Part shown: one piece after another, positions 23,580 to 33,432 of the stretch
Layout of the letters: every line of letters starts with the position of its first letter
Numbering within the stretch: position 1 is the first letter of the stretch
Assembly: GCA_963763145.1 (NCBI GenBank)
Contig: CAVXMZ010000010.1
Coordinates: 22,141 to 86,140 of the forward strand
Source of the DNA: an uncultured Acidobacteriaceae bacterium
GTDB lineage: Bacteria; Acidobacteriota; Terriglobia; Terriglobales; Acidobacteriaceae
Length of the DNA: 64,000 nucleotides
Direction: 5' to 3'
Position numbers and translations under genes: made by a program
The notes under the pieces: generated by a model
What the model saw: the letters and a program-made list of their open reading frames with translations, nothing else
The model's database searches: none
What the model was told of the DNA's origin: nothing

Positions 23580-25127
23580 ATGATATCGACGCTCACTCCG
23601 CTGGAGTTTCTTGCTCGCAACGCCAGCGCCTACCGCGACTGCACGGCCGCCGTCGACGGCGACCGGCGCTTCACGTACTCCGAATTGCAGCATCGCGTAC
23701 ATTCTTTCGGCGCCGCGTTGCAGCAGTCTGGCATTGCGCCCGGAGACCGGGTTGCTGTGTTGGCACGCAACGGAATCCTGCCGCTGGAAGCGCACTTCGC
23801 TGTCCCACTGATCGGCGCAGTGCTGGTCCCGCTCAATATTCGGCTGCAAAGCGGTGAGTTGGCCACGATCCTGAACCACAGCGGCGCCAGAATCCTGCTG
23901 GGCGATGCTGACCTCCTCGCACCTCTGTTGACAGCGCGCGCGGAGACTCCGCAAGTCGAGCGAATCGTCTCCGATTACGAATCTTTTCTCAGCGAGAGCC
24001 GCAGCCCCGTTTTGCCGCACTTGCCGGAGGAAGAGGACGTGATCTCCATTAACTATACGAGTGGCACGACCGGCGTTCCCAAAGGCGTGATGTACACGCA
24101 CCGCGGAGCATTTCTCAACGCCATTGGTGAAGTGGTTGAACACGGGCTGTCGTACCGGTCGGTTTATCTGTGGACGCTGCCCATGTTCCACTGCAATGGC
24201 TGGTGCTTCCCCTGGGCAGTCACGGCCGTCGGAGGGCGCCAGATATGTCTGCCGGAAGTGAACGCGGAATGCGCCGTCAAGCTGATCGAGAGGGAAGGTG
24301 TTACTCATCTCTGCGGTGCGCCCATCGTGGTACGGACGCTAACGGAATACTGCTCGCGCCAGGGGATTCGTTTCCGCTCGGGACTGAAGATGGTGATCGC
24401 GGCTGCGCCTCCACCGCCCGCCGTGATTCGGGCTGCCGAAGAGGTTGGTATCCATTTGACCCACGTCTATGGGCTCACCGAGACCTATGGGCCGCACTCG
24501 GTCTGTGCCTGGCATTCGGACTGGGACGACGCGCCGCTGGAAGAACGTGTGCTGCTGAAGGCGCGGCAGGGTGTTCCGTATTTAGTTTTTGGAACCGATA
24601 TGCGAGTTGTGGATGAAGACATGCGAGATGTTCCTGCTGACGCACGCAGCGTAGGAGAGGTCGTGATGCGCGGTAACAATGTGATGCTGGGCTACTACCG
24701 CGATCCTGAGGCAACTGCAACCGCCTTCCGCGGCGGCTGGTTCCACTCCGGGGACCTGGCCGTGATGCATCCGGATGGCTATATCGAAGTGCGTGACCGC
24801 TCGAAGGACATCATCATCTCTGGAGGAGAGAACATTTCCTCGCTTGAGGTGGAGCGCGTGTTGTATGAGCATCCTGCTGTACTGGAGGCGGCGATTGTCG
24901 CCCAACACGACGAGAAGTGGGGTGAGGTGCCGCACGCCTACGTGTTACTGAGGGAAGACGCCGTGGTCAGCGAACAGGAGTTGATGGCCTTCTGTCGCGA
25001 ACGTTTGGCTCATTTCAAATGCCCGAAAGCGGTACACTTTGGTGCATTGCCCAAGACCTCAACCGGCAAGATCCGCAAGAACGTGCTGCGCCAACAAGCG
25101 CGCGCCGCAGTCGAAGGAGCGTCGTGA
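23580..25127 (+). CDS. AMP-forming acyl-CoA synthetase / fatty-acid-CoA ligase family
   Basis: AMP-binding motif INYTSGTTGVPKGVMYTHRG, plus YGLTET, GWFHSGD and the final PKTSTGKIRK. ATG at 23580 is preceded by AAGGTGG. Confidence 0.88.
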   Translation: MISTLTPLEFLARNASAYRDCTAAVDGDRRFTYSELQHRVHSFGAALQQSGIAPGDRVAVLARNGILPLEAHFAVPLIGAVLVPLNIRLQSGELATILNHSGARILLGDADLLAPLLTARAETPQVERIVSDYESFLSESRSPVLPHLPEEEDVISINYTSGTTGVPKGVMYTHRGAFLNAIGEVVEHGLSYRSVYLWTLPMFHCNGWCFPWAVTAVGGRQICLPEVNAECAVKLIEREGVTHLCGAPIVVRTLTEYCSRQGIRFRSGLKMVIAAAPPPPAVIRAAEEVGIHLTHVYGLTETYGPHSVCAWHSDWDDAPLEERVLLKARQGVPYLVFGTDMRVVDEDMRDVPADARSVGEVVMRGNNVMLGYYRDPEATATAFRGGWFHSGDLAVMHPDGYIEVRDRSKDIIISGGENISSLEVERVLYEHPAVLEAAIVAQHDEKWGEVPHAYVLLREDAVVSEQELMAFCRERLAHFKCPKAVHFGALPKTSTGKIRKNVLRQQARAAVEGAS

Positions 25128-25933
25128 TGTCTGATCTGCAAACCGTTGCCAGCAGTGCCAAATACCAGCACATCCTGTTCGAGGCCGAAGGGCCGATAGC
25201 GATTGTGACACTGAACCGGCCGCAGCGACGCAATGCGCTGTCGCTGGAGTTAATGACCGAGCTGATCGACTGCCTGAACGAAATTGGGCGCGATCGTGCG
25301 ATGCGGGTCGTCGTGTTGCGTGCCGCCGGCAAAGTCTTCTCCTCCGGCCACGATTTGAGCGAGATGGTGGGACGCGATATCAACGAGTACCGCGAGGTGT
25401 TCGAGGTCTGTACCGAGTTGATGACGCACGTGCAGTCGATTCCGCAGCCCGTGATCGCAGAAGTGCAAGGTATCGCCACGGCGGCCGGATGCCAACTGGT
25501 GGCGACCTGTGACTTGGCCGTGGCCTCCGATCAGGCCGCTTTTGCAACCCCGGGGGTGAAGATTGGACTGTTCTGTACTACGCCGATGGTGGCGCTGAGC
25601 CGGGCAATCGGGCGCAAGCGAGCGATGCAGATGCTGCTGACCGGCGAGATGATCGACGCGGTGACCGCAGCGGAGTGGGGACTGATCAACCTGGTCGTTC
25701 CTGCCGCTGAGTTGGCGGAGCAGAGCCGCAAGCTGGCGACGCGCATTGCTGACGCCAGCTCTTTTACGGTGGCGCTGGGCAAGCAGGCCTTCTACACGCA
25801 GATTGATCTCGATCAGCCGAAAGCCTATGCCTATGCCAAAGAGGTGATGAGCATGAATTCGCTCGCTGCCGACGCGCAGGAGGGGATATCGGCGTTCCTG
25901 GAGAAACGCCCCGCGTGCTGGACCGGAAAGTGA
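25127..25933 (+). CDS. Enoyl-CoA hydratase/isomerase (crotonase) family protein
   Basis: IAIVTLNRPQRRNALS, VVLRAAGKVFSSGHDL, and the oxyanion-hole-type region GIATAAGCQLVATCDLAVAS. The ATG overlaps the upstream stop (TGATG). Confidence 0.88.
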   Translation: MSDLQTVASSAKYQHILFEAEGPIAIVTLNRPQRRNALSLELMTELIDCLNEIGRDRAMRVVVLRAAGKVFSSGHDLSEMVGRDINEYREVFEVCTELMTHVQSIPQPVIAEVQGIATAAGCQLVATCDLAVASDQAAFATPGVKIGLFCTTPMVALSRAIGRKRAMQMLLTGEMIDAVTAAEWGLINLVVPAAELAEQSRKLATRIADASSFTVALGKQAFYTQIDLDQPKAYAYAKEVMSMNSLAADAQEGISAFLEKRPACWTGK

Positions 25934-26169
25934 TCACTGCTGGGTTATTGGTGTAACATGGCAGGCCAGAGACAGTATGTGCAGTAACTTCGGATTTAAT
26001 CATCATCCTGAAGGCCCTCCTTGCGCGCTGGAGTCGCACTGGTATTACACCCTGGTGCGATGGATGGCCTGGTTGCGCCTGAGATTTGTCACCAAGTCTT
26101 CCCAAATAATCACGCAAGACGGCCACCCTCGCCGGCCCATCTAATAGGTAGCGGCGACCTAAGGCCGGA

Positions 26170-26883
26170 TCACACTGCCAGCAGGCCGGAGTAAATCGCC
26201 ATGCCCACGACGGCGTCGACGCCGATATGGTTGAGCGCTTCGATCTCGTCGTTGCGGCAAATCCCGCCAGCCGCGATCAGCTGGCGCGACGTCTTCTGGC
26301 GCAGGCTGCGGACCACATCCATCGGGATTCCCCTCAGCAGTCCCTCGGTATCAATGTGCGTGTAGAGGAAGGCGGAACAGAATGGCTCGAGCTGTTGCAT
26401 CATGGCTGCGGGCTCGATGTCCGTGATGGTCTTCCAGCCGTGAATGGCAACTCGCCCGCCGCGTGCATCGACGGCAAAGACAAGGCGCTCGATGCCGAAT
26501 CGCTCACTCAAGGCTTGGGCGAAGGTCGCGTTAATCGTTGTGCGAGGATTTCCGGCACGACCTTCGTTCGCTTGTGGGGACAGGTGAACCAAAGAGGAAC
26601 CGATGATTACTCGTTTCGCGCCGCACTCAAGCATGGCTTGCGCATCGTCCAGGGAACGAATGCCTCCACCTACCTGGCAGGGCAGCTTGCGGCAAAATTC
26701 GGCGACCAGCGGGCGATTCGAGCCGCTGCCCATGGCCGCATCCAGATCAACCAGCTGCACCAGCGGATAGCGCGAGAAGCGCGCTACCCACTCGCCGAAA
26801 TTCTCGAACTCCAGGGCCTTCTTCTCGCCTTGGACAAGCTGCACAATCCTGCCGCCCATCAGGTCAATGGAGGGAATCAGCAT
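26170..26883 (-). CDS. hisA: ProFAR isomerase HisA
   Basis: [19 protein letters not shown]..., VGGGIRS, and a C-terminal [11 protein letters not shown]. The start at 26883 overlaps the hisF stop by 7 nt. The longer track ORF reaching 27228 is an in-frame artefact inside hisF. Confidence 0.85.
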   Translation of the reverse strand: MLIPSIDLMGGRIVQLVQGEKKALEFENFGEWVARFSRYPLVQLVDLDAAMGSGSNRPLVAEFCRKLPCQVGGGIRSLDDAQAMLECGAKRVIIGSSLVHLSPQANEGRAGNPRTTINATFAQALSERFGIERLVFAVDARGGRVAIHGWKTITDIEPAAMMQQLEPFCSAFLYTHIDTEGLLRGIPMDVVRSLRQKTSRQLIAAGGICRNDEIEALNHIGVDAVVGMAIYSGLLAV

Positions 26884-27680
26884 GCGAGCCTCACGGAGAT
26901 CCCCGCCGCGCGCAACTCCTGCTTGATGGCGTGGACCGACTCCAGTCCGAAGTGAAAGACGGACGCTGCCAGGGCCGCATCGGCAGCGCCCTGCTGGAAC
27001 ACTTCCACGAAGTGCCGCGGCTCGCCCGCTCCTCCCGAGGCGATCACGGGAATGTTCACGCTGGTGGCGATGGTGCGAGTCAGTTCGCAATCGAATCCTG
27101 ACTTGGTGCCGTCGCGATCCATCGAGGTCAGCATGATTTCGCCTGCTCCTCGTTGCTCGGCCTCGATCGCCCAAGCTTGAGCGTCGGTACCTGTCGGCTT
27201 GCGCCCGCCCCAGACATACACCTCCCACGCGTCACCACTACGCCGAGCATCGATTGCTACCACCACCGCCTGTGAGCCATACCGTTCCGCAATCCTGGTG
27301 ATCAGTGCCGGGTCGGCAACGGCGGCGGAGTTGATGGTGACTTTGTCTGCGCCGCAATCCAGGACCGAAGCCGCATCGTCCAACGAACGAATACCGCCGC
27401 CCACGGCGAATGGGATAAAGAGCTGGTTCGCAGTGCGCCGCACGGTGTCGAGCAGGGTATTGCGCGATTCAGCGGTTGCCGTGATGTCAAGCAAGACGAT
27501 CTCGTCAGCGCCCGCCGCGCTGTGGGCCGCCGCTAATTCGGCAGGATCGCCCGCATCGTGCAGCTGCACAAACTGAATGCCTTTCACCACTCTGCCGGCG
27601 TTTACGTCGAGGCACGCGATGATGCGCTTGGCCAGCGATTCAGATGGCACAGAAATTCTCCAGGATACTGATTCCGACAT
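26877..27680 (-). CDS. hisF: Imidazole glycerol phosphate synthase cyclase subunit HisF
   Basis: [59 protein letters not shown]. The start is either the ATG at 27680 or the GTG at 27650. Both overlap the hisH 3' end. Confidence 0.9.
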   Translation of the reverse strand: MSESVSWRISVPSESLAKRIIACLDVNAGRVVKGIQFVQLHDAGDPAELAAAHSAAGADEIVLLDITATAESRNTLLDTVRRTANQLFIPFAVGGGIRSLDDAASVLDCGADKVTINSAAVADPALITRIAERYGSQAVVVAIDARRSGDAWEVYVWGGRKPTGTDAQAWAIEAEQRGAGEIMLTSMDRDGTKSGFDCELTRTIATSVNIPVIASGGAGEPRHFVEVFQQGAADAALAASVFHFGLESVHAIKQELRAAGISVRLAC

Positions 27681-28230
27681 CCCCGGATTTTTCCGGATGG
27701 AATTGCACTCCGAACAGATTGCCGCGTTCCGCCGCAGCCGTGAACGGCGCTTCATAGACACATGTGGCAACCGTGTCAGCACACAGCGGGGCCCAATACG
27801 AATGCGTGAAGTAAACATAGGAGTCAGACGGAATATTCCTCAGCAACCGCGAGCGCGGTTCAATCGCGATGCGGTTCCAGCCCACGTGCGGCGATTTCAC
27901 ACGGTCGGAAAAGCGCGTGCAATTGCCGGGAAAGACCCCCAGACTGCGCAGTTCCGTGGCTTCGTCGCTGCCCTCGAACATCCATTGCAAGCCGAGGCAA
28001 ATGCCAAGCACCGGTTTCTCGCTGACGACTGCTTCCCGCAGCGCAGTGCCGAGACAGCCGCCCGTCAAGGGCAGTGTCGCCCGGAAATTGCCGACGCCCG
28101 GAATGATCAGCCGGTCCGCGGCAGACACAACATCAGCATCATCCGTCACTACACACTCGCGCCCCAGGTGCCTGACGGCCTTGAACACCGAGGCCAGGTT
28201 GCCGGCACCGTAATCGACGATGGCAATCAC
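27640..28230 (-). CDS. hisH: Imidazole glycerol phosphate synthase glutamine amidotransferase subunit HisH
   Basis: (GTG)[29 protein letters not shown] (catalytic Cys), FHPEKS. The start overlaps the hisB stop as GTGA. Confidence 0.92.
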   Translation of the reverse strand: MIAIVDYGAGNLASVFKAVRHLGRECVVTDDADVVSAADRLIIPGVGNFRATLPLTGGCLGTALREAVVSEKPVLGICLGLQWMFEGSDEATELRSLGVFPGNCTRFSDRVKSPHVGWNRIAIEPRSRLLRNIPSDSYVYFTHSYWAPLCADTVATCVYEAPFTAAAERGNLFGVQFHPEKSGDVGISILENFCAI

Positions 28231-28814
28231 AGCAGTCCTTTGGTGCTGGGCAGCATGCGCCCGAGTTGGCGATCTTTAGAGCAGGCCACGCGCAACGCGC
28301 GCGCGAACGCCTTGAACAGGGCTTCGATCTTGTGATGGTTTGACCGTCCGTAGAGAACTTTGGCATGTACGTTGGCCTTTGCGCCACGGGCGAATCCGTC
28401 GAAGAAGTCGGCAACCAGTTCCGTCTGCAAATCGCCAACCAGTCGCGTCCGAACCTTGGTGTCAACCACCGCCGCGCTGCGTCCGCCGAAATCGACTGCG
28501 ACGACTCCCAGGGTTTCGTCCATGGGCATCACGAAGTATCCGGCGCGCAGAATGCCGCGTTTGCTGCCCAGCGCCTGCGCAAACGCCTCGCCCAGGGCGA
28601 TGCCGACGTCTTCGACGGTGTGGTGCTGATCGACGTCAAGATCGCCCTTCGCCTGCAACTCAAGATCGAACGCGCCATGCCGAGCCACTAGTTCCAGCAT
28701 GTGGTCCAGGAAGCGGATGCCGGTGCTGACTTTGGCGCGACCACGACCTTCCAGGGTGAGCGCGACGCGGATGTTAGTCTCGTTGGTTTTGCGATCTATG
28801 CGCCCGCGTCTCAT
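28227..28814 (-). CDS. hisB: Imidazoleglycerol-phosphate dehydratase HisB
   Basis: [44 protein letters not shown]. The start overlaps the hisC stop as ATGA. Confidence 0.92.
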   Translation of the reverse strand: MRRGRIDRKTNETNIRVALTLEGRGRAKVSTGIRFLDHMLELVARHGAFDLELQAKGDLDVDQHHTVEDVGIALGEAFAQALGSKRGILRAGYFVMPMDETLGVVAVDFGGRSAAVVDTKVRTRLVGDLQTELVADFFDGFARGAKANVHAKVLYGRSNHHKIEALFKAFARALRVACSKDRQLGRMLPSTKGLL

Positions 28815-29887
28815 GCTGTCACCTCGCGCCCCAGTTCGAGTTCGCACACGATCTCTCGCAGGGCGGCAAGGAGCCGGGAAGTCTGGACGTCGTTACCTAT
28901 GGTGATGCGTACGCAGCCTTCGCAGCCCGGATCGGCAGAGCGGTCGCGAACCAGAATGCCGCGCTGCCGCATGGCCATCACGAACTGGTGGTGCTTTGCG
29001 CCAATCCGCACCAGAAGAAAGTTCGCCTGACTGGGCCAGCTGTAAAGCCCCAGCGTGCTCAATTCGGCTGCAAGCCGCTCGCGGCCGTTCTTGACTTGCG
29101 CGACGTAGCGACTGATGTGGCCGCTGTCTTCCAGTGCGGCGGGCAACACCGCCAACGCCAGGGCATTGACGCTATAGGGGGAAGATACGCGGCGCACGCC
29201 TGGCATCAGCGCGCCGGGGCCGGCCAGAATGCCGACGCGAAATCCAGCCAGTCCGTAGGCCTTCGAAAAAGTTCGGGTCACAAATAGATTTTCAAGCCTT
29301 TCGACATCGCGGATGACGGTTTCGCCGTGAAACTCGAAATAAGCCTCATCCACTAGAAGTGCGGCGTCAGGCGCGGCTGCGGCGATAGCCAGTAGTTCTT
29401 CGCGAGGTGCAGCCGTGCCGGTCGGGTTATTCGGACTGGCAAGCGCGATCAGGCGGGTCGCTGGAGTAATGGCGGCCAATACCCTTGCCAGGGAAAAGCG
29501 GAAGTCGGCGCCACACTGCACGCGAATCACCTTCGCCCCGGTTGCGCCGGCATAGATTTCGTACATGCTGAACGTGGGCGTCACCACCAGCACGTCGTCG
29601 GCCGGCTCGAGAAAGGTCTCGCACAGCAGATGAATAGCTTCATCGACGCCATTGGTGAGCAGCACTTGTTCCGGCGCCAATCCAAGATGCGCGGCGACTA
29701 CGGCCTCCACCGGCCCGCGCTCGGGATAACGTGCGAGATCGTCTGCCGTAATACTTTGCAGCCGCTCCAGTACGCGCGGCGAACATCCTTCGACGTTTTC
29801 GTTGAAATCCAGGCGCAACCCGTCGCGACGCGCGAGCGGGGGATGATATTCCTGAAGATTCCGGACCGCTTTCCTGGCGCTAAGCAT
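28811..29887 (-). CDS. hisC: Histidinol-phosphate aminotransferase HisC
   Basis: [39 protein letters not shown] (PLP Lys). The start at 29887 overlaps the hisD stop by 8 nt. Confidence 0.9.
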   Translation of the reverse strand: MLSARKAVRNLQEYHPPLARRDGLRLDFNENVEGCSPRVLERLQSITADDLARYPERGPVEAVVAAHLGLAPEQVLLTNGVDEAIHLLCETFLEPADDVLVVTPTFSMYEIYAGATGAKVIRVQCGADFRFSLARVLAAITPATRLIALASPNNPTGTAAPREELLAIAAAAPDAALLVDEAYFEFHGETVIRDVERLENLFVTRTFSKAYGLAGFRVGILAGPGALMPGVRRVSSPYSVNALALAVLPAALEDSGHISRYVAQVKNGRERLAAELSTLGLYSWPSQANFLLVRIGAKHHQFVMAMRQRGILVRDRSADPGCEGCVRITIGNDVQTSRLLAALREIVCELELGREVTA

Positions 29888-31121
29888 GGGTGCTCCTCGC
29901 GCGCACCGATGCGGCGTGAGCGTGCAGGCCCTCAGCCTCGGCAAGGGTGGTGATGATGGGCGCAATTTTGTTCAGGCCGGCCGCATGGAAGCGCTGCACC
30001 GTGATAATTTTGACGAAATCGTGCACGCTCAGGCCTCCGCGAAAGCGTGCTGCGCCGGCGGTAGGCAGAACGTGATTTGGTCCGGCAGCATAGTCTCCGG
30101 CAGATTGCGGTGAGTAATCGCCGACGAAAATCGAGCCTGCACTACGGAGCTCAGTAAGATCGTTATCGTCAACCGTCAGGTGTTCCGGAGCGATGCGGTT
30201 GATCCATTCGGTAGCTTGCTGTGGCGAGGCTGCAATCAGCAGGTAGCCATTTCGGCGGATCGCCTGCCGCGCGATGATGTTCCCGCGGCTTGCAAGAACA
30301 ATTGCCGATTGCACACTCTTTGCCAGGGCCGGCTTCGTGGTAATCAACACCACCACAGCGTCGGGATCGTGCTCGGCCTGCGCCACCATGTCAGCCGCAA
30401 GAAATCCGGGATCACCCTTGTCGCTCGCGAACACGGCTTCAGTGGGCCCGGCGAGCATGTCGATGGCGCAGTCAGAGCCAACCAGCTTTTTGGCAGCGGT
30501 AACAAAGCTGTTGCCGGGGCCGACAATCTTATCTACACGAGGAATGGTTTCCGTGCCGTAAGCGAGGGCTGCGACTGCCTGTGCACCACCGCAGCGATAG
30601 ACTTCGCGAACGCCAAGCAGAGCGGCCGCAGCCAACGTGGCCGGCTGTGGGCGCGGCGACGCCACGCAAATGCGCGGCACGCCCGCAACCTGCGCGGGCA
30701 CCACGGTCATCAGGAGGGTCGAGGGCAGGGGATAGCGGCCACCGGGCACGTAGCAACCAACCGCTTCCAGCGGGCGCACGATTTGACCGAGTTCACCGCC
30801 GGAGACCGGCTTGCGCCACTCGCGCGGCATCTGCCATTGGCAGAAGCGCCGGATATTCGCTGCGGCAGAGCGCAAAGCACTCTGTGTATTGCGGGGAATC
30901 GAATGCCACGCCTCGGCTATTTCCTCGTCTGAAACCCTGATGGGCTGGCCCATTGGCAGACTATCCCACAATGTGGCATAGCGAAGCAGGGCCTTATCCC
31001 CGCCGCGCCGTACGGCACGAATGGTCCGGCGCACTCGCGGTTCCACCATCTCCAACTGAGATTTGCGAGTGGCCAGAGTTACGACTGCGTTCTCCGCTGC
31101 TTTGCCCGCAAGAATCCGCAT
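29880..31121 (-). CDS. hisD: Histidinol dehydrogenase HisD
   Basis: VGCYVPGGRYPLPSTLLM, IVGPGNSFVTAAK, AGPTE, QAEHDP, GDYAAGPNHVLPT. The start at 31121 shares 1 nt with the hisG stop (TGATG). Confidence 0.92.
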   Translation of the reverse strand: MRILAGKAAENAVVTLATRKSQLEMVEPRVRRTIRAVRRGGDKALLRYATLWDSLPMGQPIRVSDEEIAEAWHSIPRNTQSALRSAAANIRRFCQWQMPREWRKPVSGGELGQIVRPLEAVGCYVPGGRYPLPSTLLMTVVPAQVAGVPRICVASPRPQPATLAAAALLGVREVYRCGGAQAVAALAYGTETIPRVDKIVGPGNSFVTAAKKLVGSDCAIDMLAGPTEAVFASDKGDPGFLAADMVAQAEHDPDAVVVLITTKPALAKSVQSAIVLASRGNIIARQAIRRNGYLLIAASPQQATEWINRIAPEHLTVDDNDLTELRSAGSIFVGDYSPQSAGDYAAGPNHVLPTAGAARFRGGLSVHDFVKIITVQRFHAAGLNKIAPIITTLAEAEGLHAHAASVRARSTHA

Positions 31122-31990
31122 CACAGCACGACCTTGTTGAGGGGATACTCGACGATGCCCTGGGCGTTGGCCGCCTTGAGCCGCGGCAGCACTTCCCAGC
31201 AAGCGGCTTCTTCGAGGATGGTGTTGACGGCGACCCAGGTGCTGTCGCTCAACTGCGAAATTGTCGGACTATTCAGCGCGGGCAGAACGCTCAGCACCCC
31301 CGGGAGATCTTCAACCTTAACGTTGAGCATCAGTCCCACGCGGCCCTGGGCTTCCATGGCGCCGCGCAACATGAGGGACAGGTTCTCGACCTTCTGGCGC
31401 GTGGCGGGTTCGGCCCAGGCCTTAGGGTTAGCGATGATCTGGGTGTTCGACTCGAGCACGGTGTCAATGATGCGCAGGCGGTTCGCCTTCAGCGAGCTTC
31501 CGGTCTCCGTGACTTCGACGATGGCGTCAGCCAAAGTGGGTGGCTTCACTTCGGTCGCTCCCCATGAAAACTCGACCTTCACCTGGATGCCTCGCTGCTG
31601 AAAGTAGCGAGTGGTGACACTGACCAGCTCGGTTGCGACCGTCGCCCCTCGAAGATCTTCCGGACGTCGGGCAGGAGAATCTTCCGGCACGGCCAGCACC
31701 CATCGCACCTTGCCGCGGCTTTGCTTGGCGTAGATGAGGTCGGCCACAGCGACCACCTCAAGTCCGCTCTCCAGCACCCAATCCAAGCCGGTGAGTCCAG
31801 CGTCGAGCGCGCCGTGATCGACGTAGCGGGCCATCTCCTGAGCGCGAATCAACATGCATTCAATCTCAGGATCATTGGTGCCGGCAAAGTACGAGCGGGG
31901 GCTGACGTAGACTTGCAGCCCAGCCCGCGCCAGCAGCGCCAGCGTTGCCTCTTGAAGACTTCCCTTGGGAATGCCGAGACGAAGTTTCAT
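31121..31990 (-). CDS. hisG: ATP phosphoribosyltransferase, long form (HisG-L)
   Basis: [33 protein letters not shown], plus a C-terminal regulatory-domain-length extension (289 aa). The start overlaps the hisI stop as ATGA. Confidence 0.9.
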   Translation of the reverse strand: MKLRLGIPKGSLQEATLALLARAGLQVYVSPRSYFAGTNDPEIECMLIRAQEMARYVDHGALDAGLTGLDWVLESGLEVVAVADLIYAKQSRGKVRWVLAVPEDSPARRPEDLRGATVATELVSVTTRYFQQRGIQVKVEFSWGATEVKPPTLADAIVEVTETGSSLKANRLRIIDTVLESNTQIIANPKAWAEPATRQKVENLSLMLRGAMEAQGRVGLMLNVKVEDLPGVLSVLPALNSPTISQLSDSTWVAVNTILEEAACWEVLPRLKAANAQGIVEYPLNKVVL

Positions 31991-32334
31991 CGCGCACCTT
32001 CAGCGGCAGGAAGCGTCAGCCTGGTGTTGAAACAGGTGCGAGCCCCGGTGTGGCAGACTACGCCTTCTCCCTCTACGTGGACGCGGCAGAGGACAGTGTC
32101 GAGGTCGCAATCCGCAGCCGCACTGATGACTCTCAGGCGGTTGCCTGAGGTCTCGCCTTTGGTCCAGAGCTGATTGCGGGTGCGGCTAAAGAAAGTTACG
32201 TACCCGCTCTGCAAGGTTTTTTCATACGCTGCCTGGTTCATGAAGCCCAGCATAAGCACCTCGCCGGTAACGTCATCCTGGACGATGGCCGGAGTCAAGC
32301 CACCCATTTTGTTGAAGTCGAGTTCCACTGCCAT
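31987..32334 (-). CDS. hisI: Phosphoribosyl-AMP cyclohydrolase HisI (monofunctional, 115 aa)
   Basis: [61 protein letters not shown]. There is no HisE (pyrophosphohydrolase) extension. Confidence 0.9.
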   Translation of the reverse strand: MAVELDFNKMGGLTPAIVQDDVTGEVLMLGFMNQAAYEKTLQSGYVTFFSRTRNQLWTKGETSGNRLRVISAAADCDLDTVLCRVHVEGEGVVCHTGARTCFNTRLTLPAAEGAR

Positions 32335-32351
32335 GGCGTTTCCTTTCGGGC

Positions 32352-32386
32352 AAAAACAAAAACCCCGCTGATCGGTGTCAGCGGGG
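32352..32386 (-). terminator. Intrinsic terminator (attenuator) between the His leader ORF and hisI
   Basis: Minus strand: CCCCGCTGA (32386-32378), a 6-nt loop, TCAGCGGGG (32371-32363), then TTTTTGTTTTT (32362-32352). It lies 17 nt before the hisI ATG region, which carries an AAGGAAA RBS. Confidence 0.75.
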
Positions 32387-32411
32387 GGAGGAGATCTGTA
32401 TTAAGAAATAA

Positions 32412-32480
32412 TCAGATGATCTCCGCTGACACGTTCGCCACGTGACGATGGTGATGATGGCGATGGGTCAACGAAGTCAT
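32412..32480 (-). CDS. His-rich leader peptide of the his operon (22 aa: MTSLTHRHHHHRHVANVSAEII)
   Basis: Minus-strand mini-ORF: ATG ACT TCG TTG ACC CAT CGC CAT CAT CAC CAT CGT CAC GTG GCG AAC GTG TCA GCG GAG ATC ATC TGA. Six His codons fall within eight consecutive codons. It is too short for the supplied ORF track. Confidence 0.7.
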   Translation of the reverse strand: MTSLTHRHHHHRHVANVSAEII

Positions 32481-32489
32481 GCTGAAACG

Positions 32490-32519
32490 AGGATAGAGTG
32501 CGCATCGCTTGACTGTCAA
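32490..32519 (-). promoter_or_regulatory. Candidate his operon promoter (TTGACA-18 nt-TATCCT)
   Basis: Minus strand: TTGACA at 32519-32514, an 18-nt spacer, and TATCCT at 32495-32490. The -10 lies only 9 nt upstream of the leader ATG, implying a leaderless or nearly leaderless leader-peptide mRNA. Pattern match only. Confidence 0.35.
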
Positions 32520-32583
32520 TACGACATTCCGGGGACGCGACAGATCTGAAATCATCGCCTCAAGCATCGATTCCTCGAGGACG

Positions 32584-33327
32584 CTACTGCGTGGAGGGAG
32601 GTTGGTGCAGCTTGACCGGATTCAGATCGATGCTGCTCTCCAGGATCATCTCTACCGAATCGCCGGTGGCAAGATGGACCTCGGGGCCACGAGTCAGCAG
32701 AACGGTTGCCAATCCAATGACTCCTCCGGTGGCAGCGCCGACGCCCGCACCTTCAGCGCCACCCGCGATCGCTCCGATACCAGCTCCCGGAATAGTAGTA
32801 GCTGCGATGGTGCCAGCGTCTTTGCCCTTGCCGCCCGGACCCTGAATGGTCCCCTCTTTTCCTGCAACGGTGTTGTCCTTGGAACCCGGAGTATTCTGCA
32901 CTGCACCGGGCAACATGATGGTGTAGCCGTTGGGGAAGATCATGGAAGTGAAGCTCATCTGTAGCTGGGCGCGGCCTTTGACCCGTCCCGGCCGGACCAC
33001 ACTGCGAACTTCACCCTGGACGAACGTCCCTGCGGGAATCACGATCTGGTTATTTTGGGTAACAGGGAAAGCGGTTTGAGCGTAGACGGGATCGCCCGGT
33101 CGCGCGCTCTTGCTGTTGACGCCTTGCTTCAGGGTGAGAGGAATCTTAGTTCCAGCAGCAACCGTGATGGACGGTTGGGGATCGGGCTCAGGCTTGGCTG
33201 GCACCTCAGGAGCTGCGCCGCTGCGCGAGGTGAGGTGCGGGGCATCCTGGCTGGTTTGAGCGGTGGCTGGCAAAGTGCCGACCGCAGCGCTGATGGCCAC
33301 AACAAGCAGAGCGACAACGGCTCTCAT
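32584..33327 (-). CDS. Secreted protein with a TrbI/VirB10-like beta-barrel pattern and a C-terminal glycine-zipper region
   Basis: Signal peptide MRAVVALLVVAISAAVGTLPATAQ. The pattern AGTKIPLTLKQGVNSKSARPGDPVYAQTAFPV...IVIPAGTFVQGEV...GRAQLQMSF..MIFPNGY follows, then GAGIGAIAGGAEGAGVGAATGGVIG. GGAGGA precedes the ATG at 33327. Confidence 0.4.
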   Translation of the reverse strand: MRAVVALLVVAISAAVGTLPATAQTSQDAPHLTSRSGAAPEVPAKPEPDPQPSITVAAGTKIPLTLKQGVNSKSARPGDPVYAQTAFPVTQNNQIVIPAGTFVQGEVRSVVRPGRVKGRAQLQMSFTSMIFPNGYTIMLPGAVQNTPGSKDNTVAGKEGTIQGPGGKGKDAGTIAATTIPGAGIGAIAGGAEGAGVGAATGGVIGLATVLLTRGPEVHLATGDSVEMILESSIDLNPVKLHQPPSTQ

Positions 33328-33432
33328 TGGTTCCTCCAACAGGCTGGGCGCGCTCTCCTTAGGAACTCGGAAGCGGCGGAAAAGTCGCGCACCGATTGCC
33401 TTCGCCAATCTTAGCGTTCCCAGCGGCGTGCC

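Noticed and set aside
25977-26144. Unlisted 55-aa plus-strand ORF (MCSNFGFNHHPEGPPCALESHWYYTLVRW...) in the gap between the enoyl-CoA hydratase gene and hisA.
   Set aside because: It has no RBS and no recognisable family. It lies in a convergent intergenic region. The evidence is insufficient to call a gene.
26884-27228. N-terminal extension of the track ORF 26170..27228 (352 aa) upstream of hisA.
   Set aside because: The extension lies wholly inside hisF in another frame and is Arg-rich. The conserved HisA N-terminus MLIPSIDL starts at 26883.
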